Source: a virus (taxonomy: Duplodnaviria > Caudoviricetes). From it: DNA of 59,529 nt. This document shows, piece after piece, positions 10,360 through 21,125 of this stretch. Every line of letters starts with the position of its first letter. Position 1 is the first letter of the stretch. A program made the translations under genes and the position numbers. The stretch lies in the IMG/VR virus record IMGVR_UViG_3300032257_000014, positions 1 to 59,529 of that record. One strand, given 5' to 3'. A model generated the notes under the pieces. The model did not search any database. It saw nothing but the letters and a program-made list of their open reading frames with translations, and had not been told where the DNA came from.

Positions 10360-10818
10360 ATGCCACCAGCAAGTGAAGAAAAACTATATAGTGAAACTGA
10401 GTTTAAGCAAAAACTACTTGAAGAAGAAGTTAAGTATATAAAAAAATCGCATCAGCAGCACATGAAAGATGAAGGCGAGCAATGGCAAAAACAAAATGCT
10501 AAACTTGATAATGTAGAAGACATGTGCAGAAGATTTCCCGATCAAATGGTAACTTGCAGGGACAATATGGAAAAAGATCTAAGAGGAGAATTCATCTCCC
10601 GTAGTGAAGTCGAACAAATGGAAGCTAGACTCGACAATCGTATTGATGAAGTTCCAAAGGTAGTTGGGGCTCAAATTCAGACAATGACAACTAATTTAAA
10701 AGCTAATCACGAAACTACAGTAAATGCTGCGTTAAAACGAATAATGGTATACATAGGAATTGGATTTGGTGCTGCAGTAGCTATTTTGTCTTTAGTAATA
10801 AAAATAACTGGAAGCTAA
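10360..10818 (+). CDS. Coiled-coil protein with C-terminal TM helix (lysis-region, holin/antiholin-like)
   Basis: C-terminal IMVYIGIGFGAAVAILSLVI; at the start of the lysis cassette. Confidence 0.45.
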   Translation: MPPASEEKLYSETEFKQKLLEEEVKYIKKSHQQHMKDEGEQWQKQNAKLDNVEDMCRRFPDQMVTCRDNMEKDLRGEFISRSEVEQMEARLDNRIDEVPKVVGAQIQTMTTNLKANHETTVNAALKRIMVYIGIGFGAAVAILSLVIKITGS

Positions 10819-10819
10819 T

Positions 10820-11062
10820 ATGACCTCACAAGATATTATGAAATTCTGGCCTGTTATCGCACTTTCAGCATCTATGGTTGTTGGTGGCGCAGTTGCTAAT
10901 GAACAAATAGGTAAGTTACAAGAAGATGTAAAAAAATTAAATGACACCAGGGATCAACAGATACGTATGGAAGAACGACAAAAAGTTATAAAAGCTGATG
11001 TTAGTAAATTAGATAATAAATTAGATAATATTGAACACCTTATAAGGCAGATAGCAAGATGA
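10820..11062 (+). CDS. Membrane-anchored coiled-coil protein (lysis region)
   Basis: N-terminal hydrophobic segment followed by heptad repeats. Confidence 0.45.
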   Translation: MTSQDIMKFWPVIALSASMVVGGAVANEQIGKLQEDVKKLNDTRDQQIRMEERQKVIKADVSKLDNKLDNIEHLIRQIAR

Positions 11063-11262
11063 CTATATTAGCAGGAGTATCAACAGTATTTCAGCATAAA
11101 AAATGGATATTTGGTTATGTTGTTATTGGACTATCTCACTATGCATTAATGTGTGATAAGTTAGATGGAGCTACCTTTGGACTTATAATAGCAACCTTGG
11201 CCCCATCATTAATGGCAGCTAGTAGCTTTGATAAATCAAAATACAGGGACGTTACTGCATGA
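11059..11262 (+). CDS. Putative holin (two TM helices)
   Basis: 67 aa, two hydrophobic segments, charged C-terminal tail, next to spanin and endolysin. Confidence 0.55.
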   Translation: MTILAGVSTVFQHKKWIFGYVVIGLSHYALMCDKLDGATFGLIIATLAPSLMAASSFDKSKYRDVTA

Positions 11263-11672
11263 AGTATTATATGTTAATTGGTATAGTCCTAGCTGCTATT
11301 GGTGGTTATTTTTTTGGGGTTGATGTTACAGATACAAAGTGGGTAGCTGATACTCAAACAGCAATAAATACGGCTGTAGCTGATGCCAGAGCAGAAGAAA
11401 AAATTAAACAGGATAAAGTCAATGAAACCATACAAACACAACTGGATAATCTTGCTGTTATTAATTACAAGCTTAATACTGACATTATCGGGTTGCGGAA
11501 CCGTCCAAATCGCAGAGACAGCGCCAGAGATACCAAAGTTGACTGCAAGGGTTCAAGTGGGGCCGATCTTTCGGGACCGGACTCAGAATTTCTTACAAGG
11601 GAAGCTGCCAGAGCAGACAAACTTAGAGCAGCAGTAATTGCTTGTTATGAGTATGCTGACTCAATACAGTAA
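11259..11672 (+). CDS. Rz: Inner-membrane spanin (Rz-like)
   Basis: N-terminal TM, coiled coil, GADLSGPDSEFLTREAARADKL..AVIAC motif. Confidence 0.85.
   Translation: MKYYMLIGIVLAAIGGYFFGVDVTDTKWVADTQTAINTAVADARAEEKIKQDKVNETIQTQLDNLAVINYKLNTDIIGLRNRPNRRDSARDTKVDCKGSSGADLSGPDSEFLTREAARADKLRAAVIACYEYADSIQ
11422..11637 (+). CDS. Rz1: Outer-membrane lipoprotein spanin (Rz1-like), fully embedded in Rz
   Basis: MKPYKHNW + hydrophobic stretch + lipobox LSGC, in the +1 frame inside Rz. Confidence 0.8.
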   Translation: MKPYKHNWIILLLLITSLILTLSGCGTVQIAETAPEIPKLTARVQVGPIFRDRTQNFLQGKLPEQTNLEQQ

Positions 11673-11681
11673 GGAAAAGTA

Positions 11682-12101
11682 ATGCCATCATTCGGTAAAA
11701 AATCTACAAAAAATTTAAAAACATGTAATTGGGGAATTCAAGAAATCCTTAATGAAGTTATCAAACATTATGACTGCATAGTATTAGAAGGTCATCGTGG
11801 TGAAAAAGCACAAGATGCTAACTACTATGCTAAACCTCAAGTATCTAAAGTTAAGTGGCCAGATGGTAAACACAATACATTTCCATCTAAAGCTGTTGAC
11901 CTGGCACCATATCCTATTCCACCTAACTGGGGTGCAGATCACTGGAAAGACCTGGCTCATTTCTACAGACTTGCAGCTTTAGTTGATTTTGTTGCTAAGT
12001 CAAAAGGTATAAAAATACGTTGGGGTGGTGATTGGAACGGTGATGGTGACTTCAAAGATAACAAGTTTGAAGATTTAGTACACTATGAAATTATCGATTA
12101 G
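11682..12101 (+). CDS. Endolysin, L-Ala-D-Glu peptidase (M15 family)
   Basis: EGHR...Q, KHNTFPSKAVD, IRWGGDW and DLVHYE zinc-peptidase motifs. Confidence 0.9.
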   Translation: MPSFGKKSTKNLKTCNWGIQEILNEVIKHYDCIVLEGHRGEKAQDANYYAKPQVSKVKWPDGKHNTFPSKAVDLAPYPIPPNWGADHWKDLAHFYRLAALVDFVAKSKGIKIRWGGDWNGDGDFKDNKFEDLVHYEIID

Positions 12102-12142
12102 TAACATACAATGGTCAAAATAATCCATTATTGGTATAAAGA

Positions 12143-14113
12143 ATGAACGAAGACGACAATAAGCCTAAGCGTAAAACTAAAGCTCAGCTACTGACAGCAT
12201 TCAAAAAAGATATGACATCAGCAGATACTCTGCGGTTAGAAGTTGTAGCTGCACGAGATAAATGGAGGTGTGAGTACAATGGTGAGCCTTACGGCAATGA
12301 AGTAAAAGGTAAGTCTGCAATTGTATCCCGAGACATAAAACGTCAGGATGAATGGCAGCATGCTTCAGTCAAAGACCCATTTGTATCTGATGTAGATATA
12401 ATTAAATGTAATCCTATTACGTTTGAAGACAAAGCAGCTGCTGTACAAAATGAATTAGTTCTAAATTATCAGTTTACTCGACAGTTCAAACGTTACCAAT
12501 TTCTTACTGACGTAATCAAACTTCACTACTCTGAAGGCACAGTTATTGTTAAAACTGGGTGGGATTACGAGGATGAAGAAGTTAGTGAAGAAGTACCTAA
12601 GTATGCATTACACCCTTACACCCAGGAACCGGTGCAAGTAGGTACTGACACAATTCGAAAACTCAATGTACTTGTAAATAAGCCAGATGCGAAAATATGT
12701 AGGTTAGAAGATACTTATATTGATCCTACTGCTGAAGGCAACGTAGATAATGCTCAATTCATAATTCATCGTTATGAATCGGATATGACTAGTCTACGTA
12801 AATCTAAAAAGTATAAAAATTTATTAAAGCTTGCTAAAAGTTTACGAGAAGACTCAACCACTAATACTGGTGGTAGTGACTTCGATCCAACAGATGATAC
12901 TGACTTCATATTCGCAGATGTAGCCCGTAAGAAGCTACTTGTACATGAATACTGGGGTAATTACGATATAGACAACACAGGCATAGCTAAGCCTATTGTT
13001 TGTACCTGGGTAGATGATGTCATCATACAACTTGAGTCAAACCCTTATCCAGAACAAGATTTACCATTCATTGTTTTAGCTAACAACTCTATTCCATTTA
13101 AACTACATGGTGAAGCTAATGCAGAGTTAATTGGTGATAATCAAAAGATTTCTACTGCTATTAAGCGTGGAATCTTGGATAACATGGCCAATTCAAATAA
13201 TGCACAGAAAGGTTTAAAAGTCGGTGCATTAGACATACTAAATAAGAAAAGATTCCTTAATGGTAGAAACTTTGAATTCAATGGTAATCCGTCAGACTTT
13301 TTTGAAGGTAGTTACAATAATATCCCTAATAGCGTATTTAACACACTTGAAATGGTTAATGGTGAAACTGAATCAATGATAGGTGTTAAAGGCTTCACTG
13401 GAGGTATTGATGGTGGTGGTATGGGTAATACTGCTAAAGCTGCCGGAGGTGTATTGGATGCAGTGTCTGTACGTAGATTAGACATCGTAAGAAATATATC
13501 AGAAAACTTAATGAAGCCATTGATGCGTAAATGGTTATCTTACAATGGTGAGTTTTTACAACCTGAAGAAGTTATTCGTGTAACTAATGGGGAATTTGTA
13601 CCTATTAAACGTGATGATTTAAAAGGTGCTGTTGATATTGATATTCAGGTATCTACTGCTGAAGACAATGCCGCTAAAGCAAAAGAACTAGCCTTCATGC
13701 TGCAAACTGGTGCTCAGTCTATGGACCAGGGTGAAGTACGAATCATCCGTGCAGAAATTGCTCGACTACAGAAGATGCCAGTACTTGCTAAGAAAATTGA
13801 AGAGTACCAACCACAGCCTGATCCATTCCAAGAAGAAATGAAAATGCTTGAGATGGAAAAACTTAAGTCTGAAATTAGAGAGCGTAATTCTCGAGCAACT
13901 GAGAATGCTGTTGATTTACGTCTTAAGAATGCGAATGCAGCACTTGCTGAAGCTCGAGCTAGAAACATGGATTCTGATACTGATAATAAAGACTTGGACT
14001 TTACACGTAAAGCTGATGGTTCAGACTTTGAAGAAAAGATGGGTGAAAAGAACTTTGACAGAGAAACTGCTGCTGGATTAGAACAAATGAAGAGCAAAAA
14101 GTTGACTAACTAG
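12143..14113 (+). CDS. Portal protein (N4 gp59-like)
   Basis: KGKSAIV..DIKRQDEW, VLNYQF, GTVIVKTGW, YIDPT, EYWG motifs; precedes the scaffold and capsid genes. Confidence 0.9.
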   Translation: MNEDDNKPKRKTKAQLLTAFKKDMTSADTLRLEVVAARDKWRCEYNGEPYGNEVKGKSAIVSRDIKRQDEWQHASVKDPFVSDVDIIKCNPITFEDKAAAVQNELVLNYQFTRQFKRYQFLTDVIKLHYSEGTVIVKTGWDYEDEEVSEEVPKYALHPYTQEPVQVGTDTIRKLNVLVNKPDAKICRLEDTYIDPTAEGNVDNAQFIIHRYESDMTSLRKSKKYKNLLKLAKSLREDSTTNTGGSDFDPTDDTDFIFADVARKKLLVHEYWGNYDIDNTGIAKPIVCTWVDDVIIQLESNPYPEQDLPFIVLANNSIPFKLHGEANAELIGDNQKISTAIKRGILDNMANSNNAQKGLKVGALDILNKKRFLNGRNFEFNGNPSDFFEGSYNNIPNSVFNTLEMVNGETESMIGVKGFTGGIDGGGMGNTAKAAGGVLDAVSVRRLDIVRNISENLMKPLMRKWLSYNGEFLQPEEVIRVTNGEFVPIKRDDLKGAVDIDIQVSTAEDNAAKAKELAFMLQTGAQSMDQGEVRIIRAEIARLQKMPVLAKKIEEYQPQPDPFQEEMKMLEMEKLKSEIRERNSRATENAVDLRLKNANAALAEARARNMDSDTDNKDLDFTRKADGSDFEEKMGEKNFDRETAAGLEQMKSKKLTN

Positions 14114-14131
14114 TATTGTATGTTTTAATAT
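14102..14131 (+). promoter_or_regulatory. Possible sigma70-type late promoter for the head genes
   Basis: TTGACT-16 nt-TTTAAT with an extended -10 TG, upstream of the gp58-like gene. Confidence 0.35.
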
Positions 14132-14197
14132 GCAGACTAATTTAGTTAACTATACAAATAACTGGACTCATAATTGAGCAACCAAAGGAAAATTTAG

Positions 14198-14545
14198 ATG
14201 CCTGAACATACACAAGAAGAATTAGAAACAATTGATACAGAACATCACATGTTGATGGGTGAAGCGTTAGAGCGTTTACGCCAAAATCCAGATTTTAAAC
14301 TAGTAATTGAAACCGGTTATCTTAGAGAAAAAGCTCTTGCATCAGTAAGCATGTTAGCTGTACCTCAAATCAAACAAGCTGGTCAACGCCCAGATGTTTT
14401 CGAAGACTTAATAGCTTCAAGTAATCTTGCTTACTACTTTCAAACACTAGAAAATTTCCATGAAGGCTGTAAAAATCCTATTCTAAGTGATGCAGAAGAA
14501 GAGGAATTAGCTGAGCTATCTGAAACTGAAGGTGGAGTGCAGTAA
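14198..14545 (+). CDS. N4 gp58-like head assembly protein
   Basis: GEALERLRQNPDFKLVIETGYL motif and synteny. Confidence 0.7.
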   Translation: MPEHTQEELETIDTEHHMLMGEALERLRQNPDFKLVIETGYLREKALASVSMLAVPQIKQAGQRPDVFEDLIASSNLAYYFQTLENFHEGCKNPILSDAEEEELAELSETEGGVQ

Positions 14546-15690
14546 TGGTTAAGGAACTTTCTGAAGAAGAAGTATATGCAAACGATATAGATCCACTACA
14601 AGCTATTGCGGATATTAGACGTGCAGAAGGTGTTCCTGAAGAGGAACTTTCTGAGATCGTAGCAGAAGCTGATTCTGATGAAGTTCCTGCCGTTGAAGAA
14701 GATACTGAAGAATTAGATAATCTTCAAGAAGACACAACAGCTGAAACCGGTGAAAAAGACGAAATCGTTGAAACTGACGAAACTGATGATGTTTCAGATC
14801 CAGAAAAAGATCCAGACTTAGATGAAGAAAGTGAAGAGTCTGATAAAGGTACTGCAGAAAAAGAATCTGAAGCAGAAGTAAAACACAAATTTACAGCTAA
14901 TGGTCAAGAGTTCGAATTTACAGACGCTGAAATGAAAGAACAATTTGGAGTAGTGTTTGGCCAAGCCATGGACTACACCAAGAAAACGCAGAAGATGGCT
15001 CCATACCGGAAAATGATTTCCGCTTTGGAAGAAGAAAATATCACTGCTGAACAATTAAATGTAGCTATCGATGCATTGAAGGGCAATCCACAAGCTCTTA
15101 AAACAATGATGGAAGCTAATAAGTTAGAGCCATTTGACATCACGAATAGTGAGGATGAAAATTCTCCTTACTCTCCTACATCATATGGTAAAAATGATAC
15201 CCAATTAGGTATTAAAGATGTAACTGATGTTATATCTCAAGACCAAGAATACAAAATCACTGTTGACGTTATCGATCATCAGTGGGATGATAATTCCAGA
15301 GATGTGTTAGCTAGCAACCCGGGGATGATCCAGGGACTACATAATGACATCAAATCTGGTGTATATGATAAAGTTGCTCCGGCAGCTATGAAGATGAAAG
15401 TTTTGGATGGAAATACGAAGTCAGACCTCGAATACTACATGCTTGCAGGCGAAGAAGTTTTTGCAGCAGAAAAACAGAATTCAGCAGATGCTGAAAAATC
15501 TGTAGCTGAATTAAACGGAAAAGCACAAGATGCAGAAGACGAATTTGATCAAGCATCATCAGAAGCCCAAAGAAAAAGATCAGCCTCTCCTACACGGAAA
15601 CGAGCTGATACTAAAGGTGTCATCGACTATTTAGACGATGACGATGAAGCATATGAGGCTTGGTACAAAAAACTCCAAGCTTCAAATTGA
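14545..15690 (+). CDS. Scaffolding protein (N4 gp57-like)
   Basis: Highly acidic N-terminus, FTANG...MDYTKKTQ motif, directly before the major capsid gene. Confidence 0.75.
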   Translation: MVKELSEEEVYANDIDPLQAIADIRRAEGVPEEELSEIVAEADSDEVPAVEEDTEELDNLQEDTTAETGEKDEIVETDETDDVSDPEKDPDLDEESEESDKGTAEKESEAEVKHKFTANGQEFEFTDAEMKEQFGVVFGQAMDYTKKTQKMAPYRKMISALEEENITAEQLNVAIDALKGNPQALKTMMEANKLEPFDITNSEDENSPYSPTSYGKNDTQLGIKDVTDVISQDQEYKITVDVIDHQWDDNSRDVLASNPGMIQGLHNDIKSGVYDKVAPAAMKMKVLDGNTKSDLEYYMLAGEEVFAAEKQNSADAEKSVAELNGKAQDAEDEFDQASSEAQRKRSASPTRKRADTKGVIDYLDDDDEAYEAWYKKLQASN

Positions 15691-15704
15691 TGAGGATTTA
15701 AGTC

Positions 15705-17009
15705 ATGGCTGGTAACAATTATGCAAACGGTGGTGCTCGAGAAGCGGGTTTATCATCACACGGTCAAAACACCGTAATTCACTATTATGACAAAGCAGGT
15801 ATAAAGTCAGCAAACGCTGTAGCTCTTTATGCTCAATTTGCAGATAAACGTTCAATGCCTTTGAAAATGGGTACTACTTACAAAGTAAGTAAATGGTTAC
15901 ATATTTTTGATCGTGCAACAGATCACGCAGATTTCGCTACTAAAGGTTACATGTCTTCTCGTAGTATTACGGATGTGTCAACTGGTTTAGACTCAGCAGC
16001 ATTAGCTGAAGGCGCTGCAGACGTTAATAAGAAAACTATTAGTAAAGTTACACTTAGTACTAACTTTGCACGTTATGGCGAAATGATCGACTACACTGAT
16101 GAAGTTGACATGTTTGCTGAAGATATGGTTCAGGTTCATTACCGTGAAGAGTTAGGTTTACTAGCTAATCGTCGTTCTGAAGATTTGATCCAGTTAGACA
16201 TGCTTAGTACAACTAACGTCATGTATGTTGGTACAGCTACTTCGCTTATTGAAGTTGGTACGGATACAACAACTACTGGTACTGATGACGAAGATTCAAT
16301 GGTTAACTACGATATGATCCGTAAGGGTGTACGTCGTTTGGTTCGTAACCGTGCTGAAAAGAATACTTCTATCGTTACAGGTTCAACTAAGGTTGATACT
16401 CGTGTTGTTAACAAAGCGTTCTACGCAATTGTTGGCCCAGAAGTTAAGTACGACTTAGAATCTGTTGTTAAAGGTGAAGTTACTGCTGGTGGTGTTGCTG
16501 AATACGCGTATGTTCCTGCGTACAAGTATGCTGATGCATCTAATCTTGCTGAAGGCGAAGTTGGCGCAATGAATGATGTTCGTTTCATTGAATCAGAATC
16601 TGCAGTTGTTTATGCTGGTGCTGGTGCTTCTGTAGTACCTGGTGCTGCAACTGATAACACTTACGCTGGTTTATTATCTACTACTCGTTACGCAGATGAA
16701 GCTGCTGTTAAAGCAGTTCGTACTACTTGTTTCGATCTTGATGATGATACAGAAAAAACAACAGCTTGTACTACTGAAAGTCTTGAGTATTTTGATGTAT
16801 TCCCAATCCTTTTCCCAACCAAAGGTTCATTTGCAACTATTGGTCTTAAAGGTCACGGTAAAATCAAGTTCAACTCACAGGCACCAAGTAAGATTGAGCT
16901 AGGTAACCCTTATGGTACTAACGGCTTCTTCTCTTACAACATGTGGTATGCAGGTTTGATCCTACGTGAAGAACGTTTGTTGAAAATGTTAGTTTGTGCA
17001 TCAGCATAA
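15705..17009 (+). CDS. Major capsid protein (N4 gp56 family)
   Basis: MPLKMGTT, YGEMIDYTDE, ITGS-like IVTGSTKVDT, YVPAYKYA..GEVG, DVFPIL..GSFATIG, PYG..GFFS motifs; strong codon bias. Confidence 0.95.
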   Translation: MAGNNYANGGAREAGLSSHGQNTVIHYYDKAGIKSANAVALYAQFADKRSMPLKMGTTYKVSKWLHIFDRATDHADFATKGYMSSRSITDVSTGLDSAALAEGAADVNKKTISKVTLSTNFARYGEMIDYTDEVDMFAEDMVQVHYREELGLLANRRSEDLIQLDMLSTTNVMYVGTATSLIEVGTDTTTTGTDDEDSMVNYDMIRKGVRRLVRNRAEKNTSIVTGSTKVDTRVVNKAFYAIVGPEVKYDLESVVKGEVTAGGVAEYAYVPAYKYADASNLAEGEVGAMNDVRFIESESAVVYAGAGASVVPGAATDNTYAGLLSTTRYADEAAVKAVRTTCFDLDDDTEKTTACTTESLEYFDVFPILFPTKGSFATIGLKGHGKIKFNSQAPSKIELGNPYGTNGFFSYNMWYAGLILREERLLKMLVCASA

Positions 17010-17028
17010 TCTAGTAACTGTATAGATT

Positions 17029-17062
17029 AAGCCTCCGTAAGGGGGCTTTATCTTTTATTTTT
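17029..17062 (+). terminator. Rho-independent terminator after the major capsid gene
   Basis: AAGCCTCC-GTAA-GGGGGCTT hairpin followed by a T-rich tract. Confidence 0.85.
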
Positions 17063-17077
17063 ATAATAGGAAATACG

Positions 17078-17629
17078 ATGAGTAATGACGAACGTAAAGC
17101 GTTAATTGAAGAAGCAAATGAGTTGGCATTAGAGTTTCAACCTAATATCCCAACAGCAAAATTACAAGCTCTAGTTGATGAAGCTATGGGTAAACCACCA
17201 GCAGTAGAAGAAACTGCTCCAGCTAGTCCAGCAACAAAAATTGAACCAGAAGCAGATCCAGAACCAGAAGCAACTGTTGAAGCTAAAGTTAAACAACCTT
17301 TAAGTGCATTTGCACGTAAACGACAAAAAATTGCTGAATCTAAAAAACGAGCATTTAAAACTCAAATTGTTACGCTTACAAACAAAGATAATCGTGAAAA
17401 CGATATGATGACTACAGCGTATTTAAGTTTTGAAAACCAGTATTTTGGGTTATCAAAAATTGTACCTCTTGATGTTCCAGTTGAGTTAGAAGCTTCTTTA
17501 ATTAGTATTGCAGAAAACACAATGATAACTCTTCACAAAGATGAAGTTATAGAAGGTAAACGTACTGGTAATAAAAGACCTGTTCGTGTTAAAAAGTTTG
17601 CCATCAGTTACGGTAAACCTATAGAATAG
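17078..17629 (+). CDS. N4 gp55-like protein
   Basis: N-terminal LEFQPNI..AKL motif, C-terminal VKKFAI, synteny. Confidence 0.7.
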   Translation: MSNDERKALIEEANELALEFQPNIPTAKLQALVDEAMGKPPAVEETAPASPATKIEPEADPEPEATVEAKVKQPLSAFARKRQKIAESKKRAFKTQIVTLTNKDNRENDMMTTAYLSFENQYFGLSKIVPLDVPVELEASLISIAENTMITLHKDEVIEGKRTGNKRPVRVKKFAISYGKPIE

Positions 17630-17633
17630 GTGA

Positions 17634-19763
17634 ATGTATCTATTAAATGCTGAAACAGATGTTCTGTGGGAACTTAGTCCTACAGAATCAATACTTGTAC
17701 TGGTCGATTTAGACGTAATAATAACTAGTCCGTTAGGATTAGTTACCTATATTGACAATGCAATATTAGCTGAAAATTACTTAGCACCTACACCAACCAC
17801 ACCTGGTCATGCCACATTTCCATATACACCTGATATTGAGGGTTTATGGAAAATTCAATTAGTAGTAGGCACTTCAACTTCATATACTGTCATATCGAAA
17901 GCAGAGCTTTTTGTATTCGATAATAGCCTTACAGTAAACCCGATAAAAAATACACCATCTGGTGTAAACAGTGCTATTGAAGTAGAGGATTCTGGTGGGC
18001 TAGTAGCACAAGCAGCAACCAGGTTAAAATTTTTAGGTGCTGAATTCACAATCAGTGAAATTAATAATGTTGTTACAATAACACTAACCGATTACCCAGT
18101 TCCTCTGTACCAAAGTCCTGATGCTATTTTAGCTGCCCTTGAAGGCGCGTTATCTGCCAGTAAATTAACAGCTGCACTTCAAGACAGAATAGATTTAGTA
18201 GATGGGTCAGGAGTTGGATCTGTCAATGCCCGGGTACAAGTTGTTGATGACAAAGTAGATGCAATGAGTGTAACGCTCAATGACCCAAATTCTGGGTTAC
18301 CAGCAACAGCATCGATAGTTGATACACTAAACACTTGGGTAGCTGAAGTAAATGGCTCCATGGTAACTGTTGCGGGATCTGCAGTAGATTTCACTACTTT
18401 AGTCGGTACAAACCAAACAACAATACAAGAACAAACAACCAGTATTAATGGGTTAAGTGCACAGTTCACAGTAAAAATTGACAACAACGGATATGTGTCA
18501 GGATTTGGCTTAGCATCAGAAGTAGTTGATGGTACTCCTTATTCAGAATTTGCAATACTTGCAGACCAATTTTCAATAGCTCCTACTGACGGTGGACTTG
18601 CTACAGCACCTTTTTATCACTTAACTGTAGAAACAGTAGTTGATGGAGTTGTAGTACCACCTGGCACCTATATGACATCTGCTTACATTGCAGACGGCAC
18701 AATCACTAATCTTCAAATTGGTAATGTAATTGAAAGTGCAGATGGTGGTGCTTCATGGAGTATAGATAAACTTGGTGGTATCTCAGCAACATCTTTAATT
18801 ATTAGAGATACTAATGACGATATTATATTAGATACTGATGGAAATTTATCTCCTGATATAGATAACAGACCATGGCAGCACGTAGATGACTCCACCTTTA
18901 TTGATGGTGGTAAAATATATACTAATTCAATTACTGCAGATAGATTTATAACCACATTAGAAGGTGATTTAAACCAGGCACTTTACTTTGTTAAAACAGT
19001 ATTAGGTGCCGGTGATGAATATGCATACGATTTAGTACTAGCTGATTACACTGCTGGTTCATCAGATCTCGATTCTACTTACCATTTTGACTATGGTAAT
19101 TCTATGCGTCTAATGACTACCCAGCGTTGGGATGGTGTTGGTGATGTATGGGATGGAGGTAATACATGGAGTATACCTGTAGAAAGTACCGGTGTTTTTA
19201 ACTCAGGAATTAAAGACATAGGTTCACTTAGTAACTTACAGATGTCAATCGAAGCTAGTACACACTACTATAATATAGCTACAGCAACTGTATTAGTTGA
19301 AGCTCAGTATTCATTAACTGGTGGAGCACCAGCTGCTGAATGGGGTACTGATGAAGGTGTATTTACTGATGAAGCTTGGGAAGTCTGTACAGAAACTTCA
19401 ATAACACCAACAAAATCTAGATGGAGTGGTGACTTACATGCTATAAGGTACTTTAAATTTAGAATAACATTAACAACATCAGATACATCACAAAATATTA
19501 TACTGCATGATCTAAAGTACTTTGGTAATGTTGTTAATGTATATGGCTCATTAGTAGATCAGTCAATACCTGCTGCAGGTAGAACTTTTACAATTAGTGG
19601 GTATACTTCAATTCCTGCAGTGACAGTTACAGTACAAAGTGGAGCAGGGATACTAATACCTGTAGTATCATCTAAATCAGCAACAAGTTTCACAGTACAC
19701 TTATATAATCTTTCTTCGGTAGCTACATTAGGCACTGCAGATATAATAATTATGGGAGCCTAA
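17634..19763 (+). CDS. Tail fibre / host-specificity protein with a DUF1983-like segment
   Basis: SAQFTVKIDNNGYVSGFGL...FAILADQFSI and AYIADGTITN fibre motifs; C-terminal H-type-lectin-like strands. Confidence 0.7.
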   Translation: MYLLNAETDVLWELSPTESILVLVDLDVIITSPLGLVTYIDNAILAENYLAPTPTTPGHATFPYTPDIEGLWKIQLVVGTSTSYTVISKAELFVFDNSLTVNPIKNTPSGVNSAIEVEDSGGLVAQAATRLKFLGAEFTISEINNVVTITLTDYPVPLYQSPDAILAALEGALSASKLTAALQDRIDLVDGSGVGSVNARVQVVDDKVDAMSVTLNDPNSGLPATASIVDTLNTWVAEVNGSMVTVAGSAVDFTTLVGTNQTTIQEQTTSINGLSAQFTVKIDNNGYVSGFGLASEVVDGTPYSEFAILADQFSIAPTDGGLATAPFYHLTVETVVDGVVVPPGTYMTSAYIADGTITNLQIGNVIESADGGASWSIDKLGGISATSLIIRDTNDDIILDTDGNLSPDIDNRPWQHVDDSTFIDGGKIYTNSITADRFITTLEGDLNQALYFVKTVLGAGDEYAYDLVLADYTAGSSDLDSTYHFDYGNSMRLMTTQRWDGVGDVWDGGNTWSIPVESTGVFNSGIKDIGSLSNLQMSIEASTHYYNIATATVLVEAQYSLTGGAPAAEWGTDEGVFTDEAWEVCTETSITPTKSRWSGDLHAIRYFKFRITLTTSDTSQNIILHDLKYFGNVVNVYGSLVDQSIPAAGRTFTISGYTSIPAVTVTVQSGAGILIPVVSSKSATSFTVHLYNLSSVATLGTADIIIMGA

Positions 19764-19764
19764 T

Positions 19765-20808
19765 ATGGCATACAATGCAACTTTACCATTAGATGACGGT
19801 GGCTTAAACGCTGGTGATATAAGAGAAAATTTTAGAGCACTAAAAGAGGACTCTCACGTTATTGCTGCTTCAATAGCAGGTCAAGGTGCATTAGCAACTT
19901 TAAGTTCAGTCGGTGCTGCACAAATAGACACTGACGCTGTTGGAGCATTAGAATTAGCAAATAACTCAGTAGCAAGTGCTAATGTTATTAATAACTCTTT
20001 AACTGCAGATGACATAAATGCTAATGCTATTAACTGGTCAGAATTAAATACAAGTGCTTCTACTACCAGTGTATCTGTTGCTGGTGAGTCTACTTCCAAC
20101 AGCGGAGTTTTTGCTGCAGGAGGTAAAGGGTTTAGTCCACGTATGTATTGCACTAGTACTGCAAGTGGTTCAACTGCAATTTTACATTGGCTGCCTGTAA
20201 GTGCTACTGCAGTAGCACCTTTATGTAGAGTAACCAATGCTAATGCTAGCACTAGAACATTTATAGGTACTATGAACTACGTAGATGGATCTCCACCATA
20301 TGACATAGGTGATGGTGAAGTTGGACATTTTATATTTATTAAAATGAAAAGAGGTACAAAAGAGATTGTAGCTACTTACGTAGCCAACTGTGCACCTTGG
20401 CATTATAACGGTCCTACTGATATATCAGCCGATAGTCGTATGGAAGGTAAAAACTACTATTTCAGAAAAATTATTACTCCTGAGATAAAAGCTCTACATC
20501 CACAAGAAAGAGTAGTTGCAATAAGAGAACTAGGCAGGACTCTAATTGAAGTAACTCCTATGATGAAAAATATAGATATGGACTTAATACCACATCCATT
20601 TGTTGGTAATGTTGCTCCTGATGAGATAGTTGTTATGGTAGATGCCACATCAGATATAACAATTGATATGAAAGAATTGAATGCTGATGGTGAAAATGTA
20701 TCTGAAATAATTCACGGTGGATATTTTAACTTCGGTGAAGCTATGCCATCACGCACATCACCAAATGGTGTAATAGTAGTACCTGCTACCTGGAAACCAC
20801 CAACGTAG
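19765..20808 (+). CDS. Tail fibre-like protein
   Basis: DIRENFRAL N-terminus and IxxxAV/LAxNSV triple-beta repeats. Confidence 0.55.
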   Translation: MAYNATLPLDDGGLNAGDIRENFRALKEDSHVIAASIAGQGALATLSSVGAAQIDTDAVGALELANNSVASANVINNSLTADDINANAINWSELNTSASTTSVSVAGESTSNSGVFAAGGKGFSPRMYCTSTASGSTAILHWLPVSATAVAPLCRVTNANASTRTFIGTMNYVDGSPPYDIGDGEVGHFIFIKMKRGTKEIVATYVANCAPWHYNGPTDISADSRMEGKNYYFRKIITPEIKALHPQERVVAIRELGRTLIEVTPMMKNIDMDLIPHPFVGNVAPDEIVVMVDATSDITIDMKELNADGENVSEIIHGGYFNFGEAMPSRTSPNGVIVVPATWKPPT

Positions 20809-20809
20809 T

Positions 20810-21124
20810 ATGTATTTACTAAACACCATAACAGAAATAGAATGGACTTTGGATAAAACTCCAAATCCTATTACTTTGCTTGAGTTAGCAACAGTGACAA
20901 TGAATCCCAACGGTGATACAGAGCTCATACAAGCACAAAATTTAATTGAGCCAACAGAAAGTTCTCAGGGCTTAACAACTCATGTTATAACACCTGACAT
21001 GGAAGGCTTATGGGAAATTACGCTAGTAAAAGGTAGTGCAGGTACTTATACTGAACTCAGCAAAGCAACAATGTTTGTATTTGCTGCAGATACAGTAGTT
21101 AACCCACCAGGTGGACCAGTATAA
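20810..21124 (+). CDS. Stand-alone Ig-like domain, paralogue of the 17634 N-terminus
   Basis: MYLLN...TPDMEGLWEITLVKG...SKATMFVF closely matches MYLLN...TPDIEGLWKIQLVVG...SKAELFVF. Confidence 0.65.
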   Translation: MYLLNTITEIEWTLDKTPNPITLLELATVTMNPNGDTELIQAQNLIEPTESSQGLTTHVITPDMEGLWEITLVKGSAGTYTELSKATMFVFAADTVVNPPGGPV

Positions 21125-21125
21125 T

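Noticed and set aside
12112-12140. Sigma70 promoter for the portal gene (TGGTCA-17-TATAAA)
   Set aside because: The -10 box ends 2 nt before the ATG, so the transcript would start inside the ORF.
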